Assembly (NCBI RefSeq): GCF_000332095.2
Contig: NZ_KI913949.1
Location: 2,682,205 to 2,706,204 of the forward strand
Length of the DNA stretch: 24,000 nucleotides
Direction: 5' to 3'
DNA from: Leptolyngbya sp. PCC 6406
GTDB lineage: Bacteria > Cyanobacteriota > Cyanobacteriia > Phormidesmidales > Phormidesmidaceae
The notes under the pieces were generated by a model. The model was not told where the DNA came from, searched no databases, and was given only the letters and a program-made list of their open reading frames with translations. How positions within the stretch are numbered: position 1 is the stretch's first letter; every line of letters starts with the position of its first letter. A program made the position numbers and the translations under genes. Of this stretch, positions 1 to 8,829 are shown in pieces.

Positions 1-810
1 CAGGAGCTGGAAACTGCCCAGCTTGCCGCCACCCAGCGCCGCCAAGAACTGACCACTGTTCGGGAGCAGGTCACCGTGGCCCAGGCCGATATTCAATCGG
101 CCCAGGATACTCTGACGGTGTTGACGGCGGAACAGCAGGATCCCGACTATCTGCTGGAGGTGTACCAGGCCCAGATAGCCAGCCTAGAGGCGGAGCTGGC
201 GACCCTCAGCGCCGATGCCCAGAACACCGCGATCGCGGCTCCCTCCGCCGGACAAGTGCTGAAGGTTCTAGAATCCAGCGCCCGCCACGTCACCCCCGGC
301 ACCCCACTGTTGGAACTGGGCAACGCCAACCGACTGGAATTGGTTATCGATATTCTCTCCATCGATGCCCTGCGGGTGTCCCCCGGCGACCCGATCCAGG
401 TGAACCGCTGGGGCGGGGAAGGCACCCTCAGCGCCACCGTGCGCCAGGTAGAACCCGCCGCCTTCACTGAAACCTCCGCCCTAGGAGTAGATGAACAACG
501 GGTGAATGTGATTGCCGACTTCACCGGAACGCCCCCCGCCCTGGGAGATGGCTACCGCGTAGATGCCCAGATCATTGTTTGGCGGTCAGCGGATGCCCTG
601 CAAGTGCCCGTCAGCGCCCTATTCCGCTGCGATACCGACTGGTGTACCTTCGTGGCAGAAAATGGCCGCGCCCAACAGCGCCAAGTAGAACTCGGCCCCC
701 GCAGTGACTTTGCCGCTGTGGTGGAGGCAGGACTAGAGGAAGGGGATCAGGTGATCCTCTACCCCGGCGACCAGATTGACTCTGGGGTCCGGGTGCGGGG
801 GCGACGGTGA
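1..810 (+). CDS. HlyD-family periplasmic adaptor (membrane fusion protein), C-terminal part; the 5' end lies upstream of the window
   Basis: Frame 1 is open from nt 1 (QELETAQLAATQRRQELTTVREQV...) into the listed ORF 76..810. It has a coiled-coil-like Q/A/E-rich stretch followed by a beta-barrel-like tail (APSAGQVLKV..., GDQVILYPGDQI), as is typical of HlyD/MFP adaptors. Stop is TGA at 808-810. Confidence 0.8.
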   Translation, partial: QELETAQLAATQRRQELTTVREQVTVAQADIQSAQDTLTVLTAEQQDPDYLLEVYQAQIASLEAELATLSADAQNTAIAAPSAGQVLKVLESSARHVTPGTPLLELGNANRLELVIDILSIDALRVSPGDPIQVNRWGGEGTLSATVRQVEPAAFTETSALGVDEQRVNVIADFTGTPPALGDGYRVDAQIIVWRSADALQVPVSALFRCDTDWCTFVAENGRAQQRQVELGPRSDFAAVVEAGLEEGDQVILYPGDQIDSGVRVRGRR

Positions 811-3800
811 AGCCAGTCCTTGGGGGGGCGGGCTCCGTGGAGTAGGGCGTAGAAGCAGGGGATGATGAACAGGGTCATCAGGGTCGCAAGGGAAAGGCCG
901 GAGAAAACTACAATCCCCATGGGCTGGAGAAATTCTGACCCTTCTCCCAGGCCCAGAGCCAGGGGAAAGAGCCCCAGCACCGTCGTCACCGTTGTCATCA
1001 AAATCGGTCGCAGCCGTTGGGGAGCCGCCAAAATCATGGCCCGCGTCGGGTCACAGCCAATGCGATCGCGGATTTGATTGGCCAGTTCCACCAGAATGAT
1101 GGCATTGTTCACGACGATACCCACCAGCAGCACTGCCCCCACGATCACCGTTGCGCCGATGGCGGTCTGGGTGACAAACAGCCCCAAAATTCCCCCTGCC
1201 AAGGCCAGGGGCACCGTCAGCATGATCACCAGCGGGTCGATGAGGGAGTTGTACTGTACCGCCATCACGGTAAAGACTAGGAACGCCGCAAGACCACCCA
1301 AAATGACGACGGCCCCCTGAATTTCCTGGTTACTGCGGGCGCTGTAGCTGGGGAGGCGGCTCACCCCCTCCGGCAGGGTCAGGTCCGCCAAAATGGTATC
1401 CGCCTCCGTGAGGGCATCCCCCAAACTAGCGCCCTCCCCCAGACTCCCTTCGATGATGAACACCTGGCGTTGGTCGATGCGCTTGATTTCCCCCGGTGCT
1501 TGCCCATCTTCGATGCGGACTACATCCCCCAATCGCACGGGTTGGCCGCTCTGGGTAAAGAGGGGCAATGTGGCCAGGTCCGCTGGGTTCCGCACTAGGG
1601 TATCGGGGGTTCGTACCCGCACATTCACTAGGCGATCGCCCCGCTGCAATTGGGTTGCGATCGCACCACCTAATAAGGTCTGGACTGTGGTGCCTAGATC
1701 CCGAGCAGAGAGGTTGAGGTCCGCCGCCCGTTCCCAATCAGGACGAATTTGAATTTCAGGCTGGGGAGGGCCAGCATCGGGCAGGTAGGTGGCGAGGGTC
1801 GCTTGTTCCCGAAATGCCGCCAGAATTTGTTCCCCCGCCGCCTCTAGGCGACCGGTATCGCTGCCTTCAAGCACAATATCCACATCTGCCCGCACCGGAG
1901 AGTTGTTCAAGGTTAGACCCCGGACGCCACCGGGGGAAACCCGCATTCGGGTTTGAACCAGATTGAGCTGGTTGAGGCTGGCGTTGAGGCGATCGGCAAA
2001 GGCCGCCACATTGGTCCCCGGTTTCAGGGTAATGGTGCTGGATCCTCGCAGAGCATTTTCGCTGACGTTGGCTCCAAACAGCGCCCCACCGGAGGTACTA
2101 AAGGCAAACTCCGTCTCCGGTTGCTCCAGAATCAGGGCATCCACCGCCCGCATCACCGTCTGGTTTTCCGCCAGGGTGGTACCGGGGGGAAACTGCACCC
2201 GCAGGTTGGCCTGTCCAGTACTAATCCGGGGCAGAATTTCCTGGGGAATGCCCTGCACCATAGCGAGGCTAGTACCCCCCAGGACGAGAAATGCGATCGC
2301 AACCACAACCAAGGGCCGCCCCAGCACCCACTGCAACAATTGCCCATAGCGCTGGGTGACCCCCTGAAGCCGCTGATCAAACTGGCGAATGGGCCAAAAC
2401 TGTTTCAACCCACTGGTGCCGGGAATGGCCAGTAGGCGGGAAGCCAGGGTCGGCACCACCGTCAGCGCCACTACTAGGGAGGCTGCCACGGCGAAGCTAA
2501 TGGTCAAAATCAACTCATTAAAGAGCAGGGCAATAAAGCCCCCAATCAGCAAAAAGGGCAACACCACCACCAAGTTGGTAATGGTAGAAGCCAAGAGGGC
2601 CGACTCCAACTCCTGGCTGCTGACAACGGCCTGATCAATCATCTGGGCCTGGGAAATGGGGTGTTCCTCACCTGCGCCATTGCCATTTCCATTGCCGTTC
2701 CCATTTCCATTGCCGTTGCCATTCCCATTGCCATCGCTGCCCGCTACCCCATAGCGGCTGAGGGATTCCGCCCCCTTAGCAATGTTCTCCAGCATGACGA
2801 TGGAGTTGTCTACCACGATGCCCACCCCCAGAGCCAAGCCCCCCAGGCTGAACACGTTCAATGACAGGCCAAAAACCCCAATCAGCAGGATTGCCACCAG
2901 CACCGCCAGGGGAATCGCCACCACAATGATCAGGGTTTGGCGCAGAGATCCCAGAAAGAGCATAACTGCGATCGCGGCCAGCCCCGCCCCGGTCAGCCCC
3001 GCCGAAGAGACATTACGAATGGAATTTTGAATAAAGACCGACTCATCCAAAGTGACATTCAGGAGCAGATCCTCTGGGATAATGCCCGATTGCCGCAGTT
3101 CTTCTAGCCGCTGCTCAACCCCCTGCACCACCTCAATACTGTTAGCATCCGCCTGCTTTTGCACACTTACCTTGACCGCAGACTCCCCATTCAGGGTCAC
3201 AAAAATCCGCTGTTCTTCGGTGCCATCCACAACATCGGCAAAGTCCCGCAGGTACACCTGCTGCCCCGTCCCATTACCGACAGGAAAAATCAGATTGCGC
3301 AGTTCATCAGCACTTTGAAACCGTCCCGTAATCCGGGTCAAGGGTTCGCCATCGTCCCCCTGGATGCGTCCACCAGAAGTATCTTGATTGCGATCGCTGA
3401 GGGCCGAGACCACATCGGTTAAGCCCAGACCCAACCGCTGGAGGCGTATGGGGTCTAGATCAACCCGGACCTCCTCCTGCGCCCCCCCCGACACGTCCAC
3501 ACTGGCCACTCCCGCCACCGTGCCTAAACTACGAGCCAATTGTTCATCGGCAAACACCCGCAGCGCACTCCCCGGCAAAGAAGGCGAGGTGAGCGCCATC
3601 TCATAGACGGGCAGTTGGGACGGATCAAATTTAAATAGCCGGGGCTGGCCAATGCTATCGGGCAAACTCGCCCGCGCTCGGTTCAGGGTGGCGGTAGCAT
3701 CGTTCAGAGCTTGATCAATATCGCCCCCCGGCTGGAAATACAAATCCAAGCTGATCTGCCCCTCCCGCGTGGTGGACACCACCTGGGTCACCCCCTCCGT

Positions 3801-4034
3801 CGCCGCCAGCGCCTGCTCTAGAGGACGGGTCACCTCATCGATCGCCACCTCTGGCGACACCCCCGGCGCATCCGCCCGCACCCCAATCCGGGGATAGGTA
3901 ATGGAGGGCAGCAAGTCTACCGGGAGGCGCACGACGAAGAAGACACCGACGATAATCACCGCCAGGGCCAACATCAGAGTGCCGATGTGGCGACGGATGG
4001 AAATAGTGCTGATGGAGGATGGTGGGGTGGTCAT
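759..4034 (-). CDS. RND efflux transporter permease (AcrB/AcrD/AcrF family), 1091 aa
   Basis: The 1091-aa ORF has an N-terminal TM1 (IGTLMLALAVIIVGVFFVV) followed by RLPVDLLPSITYPRIGV. Hydrophobic TM clusters occur in two halves, and the length and architecture match RND permeases. It lies downstream of an MFP gene on the same strand. Confidence 0.95.
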   Translation of the reverse strand: MTTPPSSISTISIRRHIGTLMLALAVIIVGVFFVVRLPVDLLPSITYPRIGVRADAPGVSPEVAIDEVTRPLEQALAATEGVTQVVSTTREGQISLDLYFQPGGDIDQALNDATATLNRARASLPDSIGQPRLFKFDPSQLPVYEMALTSPSLPGSALRVFADEQLARSLGTVAGVASVDVSGGAQEEVRVDLDPIRLQRLGLGLTDVVSALSDRNQDTSGGRIQGDDGEPLTRITGRFQSADELRNLIFPVGNGTGQQVYLRDFADVVDGTEEQRIFVTLNGESAVKVSVQKQADANSIEVVQGVEQRLEELRQSGIIPEDLLLNVTLDESVFIQNSIRNVSSAGLTGAGLAAIAVMLFLGSLRQTLIIVVAIPLAVLVAILLIGVFGLSLNVFSLGGLALGVGIVVDNSIVMLENIAKGAESLSRYGVAGSDGNGNGNGNGNGNGNGNGNGAGEEHPISQAQMIDQAVVSSQELESALLASTITNLVVVLPFLLIGGFIALLFNELILTISFAVAASLVVALTVVPTLASRLLAIPGTSGLKQFWPIRQFDQRLQGVTQRYGQLLQWVLGRPLVVVAIAFLVLGGTSLAMVQGIPQEILPRISTGQANLRVQFPPGTTLAENQTVMRAVDALILEQPETEFAFSTSGGALFGANVSENALRGSSTITLKPGTNVAAFADRLNASLNQLNLVQTRMRVSPGGVRGLTLNNSPVRADVDIVLEGSDTGRLEAAGEQILAAFREQATLATYLPDAGPPQPEIQIRPDWERAADLNLSARDLGTTVQTLLGGAIATQLQRGDRLVNVRVRTPDTLVRNPADLATLPLFTQSGQPVRLGDVVRIEDGQAPGEIKRIDQRQVFIIEGSLGEGASLGDALTEADTILADLTLPEGVSRLPSYSARSNQEIQGAVVILGGLAAFLVFTVMAVQYNSLIDPLVIMLTVPLALAGGILGLFVTQTAIGATVIVGAVLLVGIVVNNAIILVELANQIRDRIGCDPTRAMILAAPQRLRPILMTTVTTVLGLFPLALGLGEGSEFLQPMGIVVFSGLSLATLMTLFIIPCFYALLHGARPPKDWLHRRPRTRTPESIWSPG
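2676..2735 (-). repeat. In-frame hexanucleotide (GGN-AAY) repeat encoding D(GN)9G inside the RND gene
   Basis: Plus strand reads gccattgccatttccattgccgttcccatttccattgccgttgccattcccattgccatc. This translates on the minus strand to SDGNGNGNGNGNGNGNGNGNGAG. Third codon positions vary between units. Confidence 0.9.
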
Positions 4035-4052
4035 GGGGGTGGGGGTGTGTGA

Positions 4053-4142
4053 GGGTGATGGGGTGATGGGGTGATGGGGTGGGGTGATAGGTGACAGGTT
4101 CTAGGAATTTTGAGTTTTGAATTTTGAATTTTGAATTGAATT
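4053..4142. repeat. Two adjacent microsatellite-like tandem repeats just upstream of the RND start codon
   Basis: gggtgatg occurs 3 times perfectly (4053-4076) with degenerate copies to about 4090. Then (a)ttttga occurs about 4 times (4107-4139). Confidence 0.85.
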
Positions 4143-4205
4143 ACCTGTAGGGGCGCGGTTTCCGCGCCCAATGCAGGATGCCGGTTCTGTGTTCAATTAA
4201 GTTTG

Positions 4206-4282
4206 TTTCTGGTGCCCTGGCTCTGCCTGGGTACCTCTGCCGGAGGCTCTGCCTCCCCTGTGTTCCGTAGGGGCAATCCCTT
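4206..4282 (+). repeat. Dispersed 77-nt repeat, copy 1 (MITE-like or small cyanobacterial repeat)
   Basis: Its reverse complement matches 12193-12269 with 4 mismatches by hand alignment. A 48-nt core is perfect: ggcagagcctccggcagaggtacccaggcagagccagggcaccagaaa. Confidence 0.9.
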
Positions 4283-4387
4283 GTGGTTGCCCTTTTTGCT
4301 GGATGATTAGGATGCTTGCCCGGTGGGCGGGTGACCGATATTGGGTTAGAGGGGTGGTCCTGGGGGCGGACAGGATCAGGGAATTGC

Positions 4388-5680
4388 CTACTGGGGGTCT
4401 GACAATATGCTCAGGCGCACGGTTTGTCCATCTTCTAGGGGACGATCGCTGCGGACCACCACCTGTTCACCGGGGTTGAGCCCTGACAGGATGGCTACTT
4501 GACCATTGCTGCGATCGCCGAGTTCTACCGAACGGGCTACCACCTTGGGGGCATCGCTGTCCCGGTCTTGAACCACGAAGAGGGTGGGCGGTTCTCCTTG
4601 GAGCGCTTCCGTGGGTACCACGACGGCATCCGAGCGCTGACCGAGAAATCGTAGCCGTGCTAACAGGCCGCTGCCGATGCGGCCCTGGGGATTGGGAATG
4701 GTTACCTCCACTGGCAGCAGACGGGAGGTGGTGTCGGCTACGGGGGTGATGCGGGTGACTTGGCCCGTGGCAGTGAGGTCGGGAAAGGCGTCTAGGCGCA
4801 CCTCCACGGGTTGTCCCCGGCTGATGCTGCTCAGGTTCAACTCCGACACCTCGACGGTGATCTTGATGGTGCTGAGGTCGCCGATTTGCAGGAGTTCTGC
4901 CCCAGTCTGGGCAAAGTCACCGGGCTCCACCAATCGCCCCAGGACAATGCCGGAGAGGGGCGATCGCACCGTGGCGAAGGCTAGCCGCTCCTGGGACTGG
5001 GCGACCACCGCCCGCTGGGAATCTACGCGCCCTCGGGTGGCATTCACCGCCTGTTGCCGGGTCCGCACTTGTTCCTGGGCTGATTGCAATGCTTTCTGGG
5101 CCGTATTTAGCACCAGTTGGGCCTGCTCTGCATCCTGTAAGGACACTGCTCCGGCGTCAGCAAGTTGCCGCAGGCGATTGGCTTCAATGCGGGCCTGCTC
5201 CACCTGGAGTTGGGCTTGGTCTACGGCGGTTTGGGCATCGCTGACCCCCGTCTGGGCTTGAGCCACCTCCGCCTGACGGGCAGCGAGTTCGGCCTGGGAC
5301 TGATTGACCCCCACTGTCAGCAGGTTGGGATCCAGACGGGCCAAGACCTCCCCGGACCCCACCGCATCCCCAGCGTCGGCGAATAGGTCAATCACCTGAC
5401 CCTCCACTTGGGCGCGGAGAGTGACAGATTGGGCCGGACGGGTTGTTCCGGTATATTCCAGGGCATCCTCCACGGAGCCTGTCGTCACCACCTGAGTCTC
5501 GACAGCGACGGGCTGGTCGTCGCCCCGTTCTCGGGGACCAGATTGGGCCACACTCTGGGGCATCCAGCTACAGCCGCTGCCCAGGGCTCCAACCATGAGA
5601 GCGGTGCCCAGTAGGCGGGGCAACATCTTACGGGGGGAATTTATGGCTTGAAGCACCATCGTTCTCCTGGAACACTCCAT
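4388..5680 (-). CDS. RND efflux periplasmic adaptor subunit (MFP/HlyD family), probable lipoprotein
   Basis: Contains a Q/A-rich coiled-coil hairpin (AQSQAELAARQAEVAQAQTGVSDAQTAVDQAQLQVEQARIEANRL) flanked by beta-barrel segments. The likely true start is ATG at 5626, giving MLPRLLGTALMVGALGSGC with a signal peptide and Cys. It lies upstream of the RND permease on the same strand. Confidence 0.9.
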   Translation of the reverse strand: MECSRRTMVLQAINSPRKMLPRLLGTALMVGALGSGCSWMPQSVAQSGPRERGDDQPVAVETQVVTTGSVEDALEYTGTTRPAQSVTLRAQVEGQVIDLFADAGDAVGSGEVLARLDPNLLTVGVNQSQAELAARQAEVAQAQTGVSDAQTAVDQAQLQVEQARIEANRLRQLADAGAVSLQDAEQAQLVLNTAQKALQSAQEQVRTRQQAVNATRGRVDSQRAVVAQSQERLAFATVRSPLSGIVLGRLVEPGDFAQTGAELLQIGDLSTIKITVEVSELNLSSISRGQPVEVRLDAFPDLTATGQVTRITPVADTTSRLLPVEVTIPNPQGRIGSGLLARLRFLGQRSDAVVVPTEALQGEPPTLFVVQDRDSDAPKVVARSVELGDRSNGQVAILSGLNPGEQVVVRSDRPLEDGQTVRLSILSDPQ

Positions 5681-5893
5681 ATATTTCGGATATCGAGGCA
5701 GTTCAGTCAGTTATTCAGAGGTAAAAGTAGAACAAGGCTGGGGCCGGGTTTTTCTGCATTCAAAGAAAAACGATGGGCGCGGTCCCTAACAACTTAACAA
5801 ATGCTTCACAATTTTTCGGGTAAATCTATCAAAACTCTAGACTGCAATTTATCGAACATCCTGGAAACGCCACAAGTATAGGCAGATCAATCC

Positions 5894-6520
5894 ATGGCAA
5901 AACTCCCTCCCAAGGACTATATCCAGGCGGTGGATGTCCCCAAATCGGTGACCCTAGGCGCTATTGGCATCGTCCGATCGCCCTACACCGAGCGTCACGG
6001 CACTCCCCGCCAGTCCCAACTCCAAGCGGCCCCGGCGGATTATGAACCCGCGATCGCACATATTGAGCTATTCCCTGAGGTGATTCCCCCGGAGGCCCTG
6101 AAGGATCTGGAGGGCTTTGAATACCTGTGGCTGATCACCTGGCTGCATTTGAACCAGCATTGGAATCCGACAGTGATGCCGCCCCGTGGTCCCCGCGTGC
6201 GCCGGGGCACCCTAGCCACCCGCGCCCCCCATCGTCCTAACCCCATTGGCCTCAGCGCCACCCGTCTGCTGAACGTACAGGGATTAACCCTGACAGTGGC
6301 AGGGATTGACCTCCTGGATCAAACCCCGGTGCTGGATATCAAGCCCTATGTACCCTACTGCGACGCCTTTCCCCAAGCCCGCAGCGGCTATGTGGGGGCG
6401 GTGGAACAGGCGGGTGGCCACGAGCCCGATGTATTTGGCCTTCAGGGCCATCCCCTGGCTCCGCCGCGATCCTCTGGAACTGGGGATTTGCCGGCCCCAA
6501 CTGGCCCAGCCAGCGCCTAA
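5894..6520 (+). CDS. trmO: tRNA (m6t6A37) methyltransferase TrmO / TsaA(YaeB)-family protein
   Basis: TsaA-like motifs are present: IGIVRSPYTERHGTPRQ, RPNPIGLS, LLDQTPVLDIKPYVPY. The C-terminal tail is low-complexity and P/S/G-rich. Confidence 0.85.
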   Translation: MAKLPPKDYIQAVDVPKSVTLGAIGIVRSPYTERHGTPRQSQLQAAPADYEPAIAHIELFPEVIPPEALKDLEGFEYLWLITWLHLNQHWNPTVMPPRGPRVRRGTLATRAPHRPNPIGLSATRLLNVQGLTLTVAGIDLLDQTPVLDIKPYVPYCDAFPQARSGYVGAVEQAGGHEPDVFGLQGHPLAPPRSSGTGDLPAPTGPASA

Positions 6521-6690
6521 AGTAAAACTAGGGCGTGTGGACAATCAACGGCGAAATCTTTACCGGGCAGGCATGACCACGCCCGCTTTATTGAATCGAG
6601 CTAGGGGCTGTAACCGTTTTGCCATCAGGAGTCTAGCTTTCATTAGCCCCTATCCCTGTGCCGCCTATTGCTGATGATCCTTGAGGAACC

Positions 6691-6975
6691 ATGCTGGACC
6701 AATCGCTACAATTTCTGACCCCGGAGGAATCCGCCGCTGTGGATCGGGCGCTGATGACCACCCCCGAGAAATTTCTGACCCGTCTGACGATCTCCACCGC
6801 CAAACTACTCAAGGCGATCGCCCAAGATCTCGGTACGCCGATTGAAGCCCTAACGCCTGAACAGATCATTGCCTGGTTTGAAGCAGATGCAAAACGAAAG
6901 CAGGAGCAAGGGGTAAATGCATCGGTCCTTAAGTGGCAAGCTCCAGAACTGGAGGATCTCACCGGCCACCCCTAG
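6691..6975 (+). CDS. Hypothetical protein (94 aa)
   Basis: ATG-initiated ORF with host-like codon usage and no competing ORF of better quality. I recognise no family. Confidence 0.45.
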   Translation: MLDQSLQFLTPEESAAVDRALMTTPEKFLTRLTISTAKLLKAIAQDLGTPIEALTPEQIIAWFEADAKRKQEQGVNASVLKWQAPELEDLTGHP

Positions 6976-7021
6976 GGGGTGGGCGAAATCCTACTGAGTA
7001 GGCCAGCCGAGGGGGAGACTT

Positions 7022-7063
7022 GCCAAAGAGGAATGGCCAAAGAGGAATGGCCAAAGAGGAATG
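7022..7063. repeat. 14-bp tandem repeat, 3 copies (gccaaagaggaatg)
   Basis: Perfect copies at 7022-7035, 7036-7049 and 7050-7063, in the intergenic region upstream of the AAA+ ATPase gene. Confidence 0.95.
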
Positions 7064-7188
7064 GCCAGTCACCTGGAACTACCCAAGCATAAAGCACGGC
7101 TAACCTGGCCAGACACGAGAAGCTTCCCGAGACGGGTGCCCCTCCCGTATTGGGCACTCTAGGGCCAGTAATCAACTCCGGGGGCATC

Positions 7189-8721
7189 ATGTCTTTTGCC
7201 AGCAGCGTTCGCCACTTCCAGACCTTGGTCCTCTCCTTCCACGGCATGGTGGTGATTGAAACCGTGGAAGAAGAGCGGGTGCAGACGCTGATTAATGCTG
7301 CCGTCAACGATCTGCAGATGGCGGTCTTTGAATGGAGTGTGGCCTCAGGTCTGACCCGGTCCCAGGGCAACCTGCATAACCGTTGGAGCAACGAATACAC
7401 CCCACCGGGAATACAACAGCCTCAGTTGATTGAGGGGACTTGTGAGCCCCTAGAGGTACTGCGCCACATTCAGTCCATGGGCTATCAGGCTATCTACTGG
7501 CTTAAGGATTTTGCCTGCCATCTAGAGAATCCCATCATTGCCCGCCAGTTACGAGAGCTGCTGCACCAGTTTTCCCACAACCGTTCCACCCTGGTATTGA
7601 CGGGGCACAACATCTCCCTTCCGGCAGATATTGCCCAAGAGGTGGTGTACTTTGACCTGAAGTTACCGGAACCGGATGAACTGTACCAGGCCATTACCGA
7701 AGTTCTGAAATCTCTTAAGGGCCGAGTCAAGGTGGAAATTCACCCCGAGGGTATCAATGCCTTGGTGAAGGCGATGCGGGGAATGACGCTACAACAGGCC
7801 CGCAAGGTGATCGCCTACGCTGCCCTCGACGACGGCAAACTCAGTCCCGACGATGTCAAGCGGGTGCTAGAGCGGAAGATCCAGGTGCTCCATGAGGAGG
7901 GGTTACTGGACTATATTCCCCCAGAGATGAACCCGGCCCAACTGGGGGGATTTAACGGCCTCAAGGCTTGGCTGACGCGGGCACGGATGGGATTTAGTGC
8001 CCAGGCGCGGGCCTTTAATCTGCCCACCCCTCGGGGCATTTTGATCGTGGGTATCCAGGGATGTGGTAAGTCTCTAGCCGCAAAAACCATTGCCCGAGAA
8101 TGGTCGATGCCGTTGCTGAAGTTAGATGCAGGGCGTCTTTACGACAAGTACATTGGCGAATCGGAGAAAAACTTTCGGCGAGCGGTAACCCTGGCGGAAA
8201 CTATGGCTCCAGCAATACTGTGGATCGACGAGATTGAGAAAAGTATGGGCCAATCTGATAGCGATAGTGACGGGGGGCTCAGCCGCCGTCTCTTTGGCTC
8301 TTTTCTCACTTGGCTTCAAGAGAAGTCGGAGGAGGTATTTGTAGTGGCGACTGCCAATGATCTGTCCCGTATTCCCCCAGAACTGCTGCGAAAGGGACGT
8401 TTTGATGAGATTTTCTTTGTCGATTTGCCCGATGAACAGGAAAGGGTAGGAATTCTCCAAATCCACCTGATCCGGCGCAAGCAGGATCCCCGTCGCTTTG
8501 ATCTGCCGACCCTGGTGCAGGTGACGGATGGCTACAGCGGCGCTGAGATCGAGCAGGTGATTATTACCGCCCTCTATCGCGCTATCCACGAAAAATGCCC
8601 TGTGGATACTCAACTCCTAGTGGAGGAGATACAGGCCACAGTGCCCCTCTCTATTAGTCGCCGAGAAGATTTACACCGCCTACGGGCGATGGCGATGGAT
8701 CGCTTTGTGCCTGTGCGCTGA
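7189..8721 (+). CDS. AAA+ family ATPase, Ycf46-like (single AAA domain with a roughly 270-aa N-terminal region)
   Basis: Walker A is GIQGCGKSLAAK and Walker B is ILWIDEIEK. The C-terminal part has a second region of homology (ATANDLSRIPPELLRKGRFDEIFFVDLP). The N-terminus (FQTLVLSFHGMVVIETVEEERV) resembles Ycf46-type proteins. The ORF track starts at TTG 7150, but ATG 7189 (MSFASS...) is more plausible. Confidence 0.85.
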   Translation: MSFASSVRHFQTLVLSFHGMVVIETVEEERVQTLINAAVNDLQMAVFEWSVASGLTRSQGNLHNRWSNEYTPPGIQQPQLIEGTCEPLEVLRHIQSMGYQAIYWLKDFACHLENPIIARQLRELLHQFSHNRSTLVLTGHNISLPADIAQEVVYFDLKLPEPDELYQAITEVLKSLKGRVKVEIHPEGINALVKAMRGMTLQQARKVIAYAALDDGKLSPDDVKRVLERKIQVLHEEGLLDYIPPEMNPAQLGGFNGLKAWLTRARMGFSAQARAFNLPTPRGILIVGIQGCGKSLAAKTIAREWSMPLLKLDAGRLYDKYIGESEKNFRRAVTLAETMAPAILWIDEIEKSMGQSDSDSDGGLSRRLFGSFLTWLQEKSEEVFVVATANDLSRIPPELLRKGRFDEIFFVDLPDEQERVGILQIHLIRRKQDPRRFDLPTLVQVTDGYSGAEIEQVIITALYRAIHEKCPVDTQLLVEEIQATVPLSISRREDLHRLRAMAMDRFVPVR

Positions 8722-8790
8722 TGCGGGATGGGGAGATGAGGGGCAGCCCTTGGGGGGAGGATCCTAATGGATGAAAATGGAGCCCAATTG

Positions 8791-8829
8791 AAAAGCGGCC
8801 AGTTTTCCCCAAGTAGACTGGCCGCTTTT
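8791..8829. terminator. Bidirectional rho-independent-type terminator hairpin
   Basis: aaaagcggccag (8791-8802) pairs perfectly with ctggccgctttt (8818-8829), with T runs on both strands. It sits between the convergent AAA ATPase gene (+) and psbEFLJ (-). Confidence 0.75.

Noticed and set aside
862-3606. Many plus-strand ORFs of 67-160 aa, and small minus-strand out-of-frame ORFs, inside the RND gene
   Set aside because: These are typical GC-rich antisense or off-frame ORFs with R/P/S/T-rich, low-complexity products. The 1091-aa RND frame accounts for the region. The same reasoning rejects 147..524(-), 4677..5614(+), 6040..6544(-) and the small ORFs inside hsdM, hsdS, ycf48 and the ndh genes.
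4053-4142. Tandem repeats (here and at 7022-7063, 11909-12017 and 14198-14227) considered as CRISPR arrays
   Set aside because: The units are 7-16 bp and directly abutting, with no spacers, and there are only 2-4 copies. This is not CRISPR architecture.
6972-7400. Minus-strand ORF of 142 aa
   Set aside because: It spans the 14-bp tandem repeat and runs antisense into the AAA ATPase 5' end. It shows no recognisable motif.
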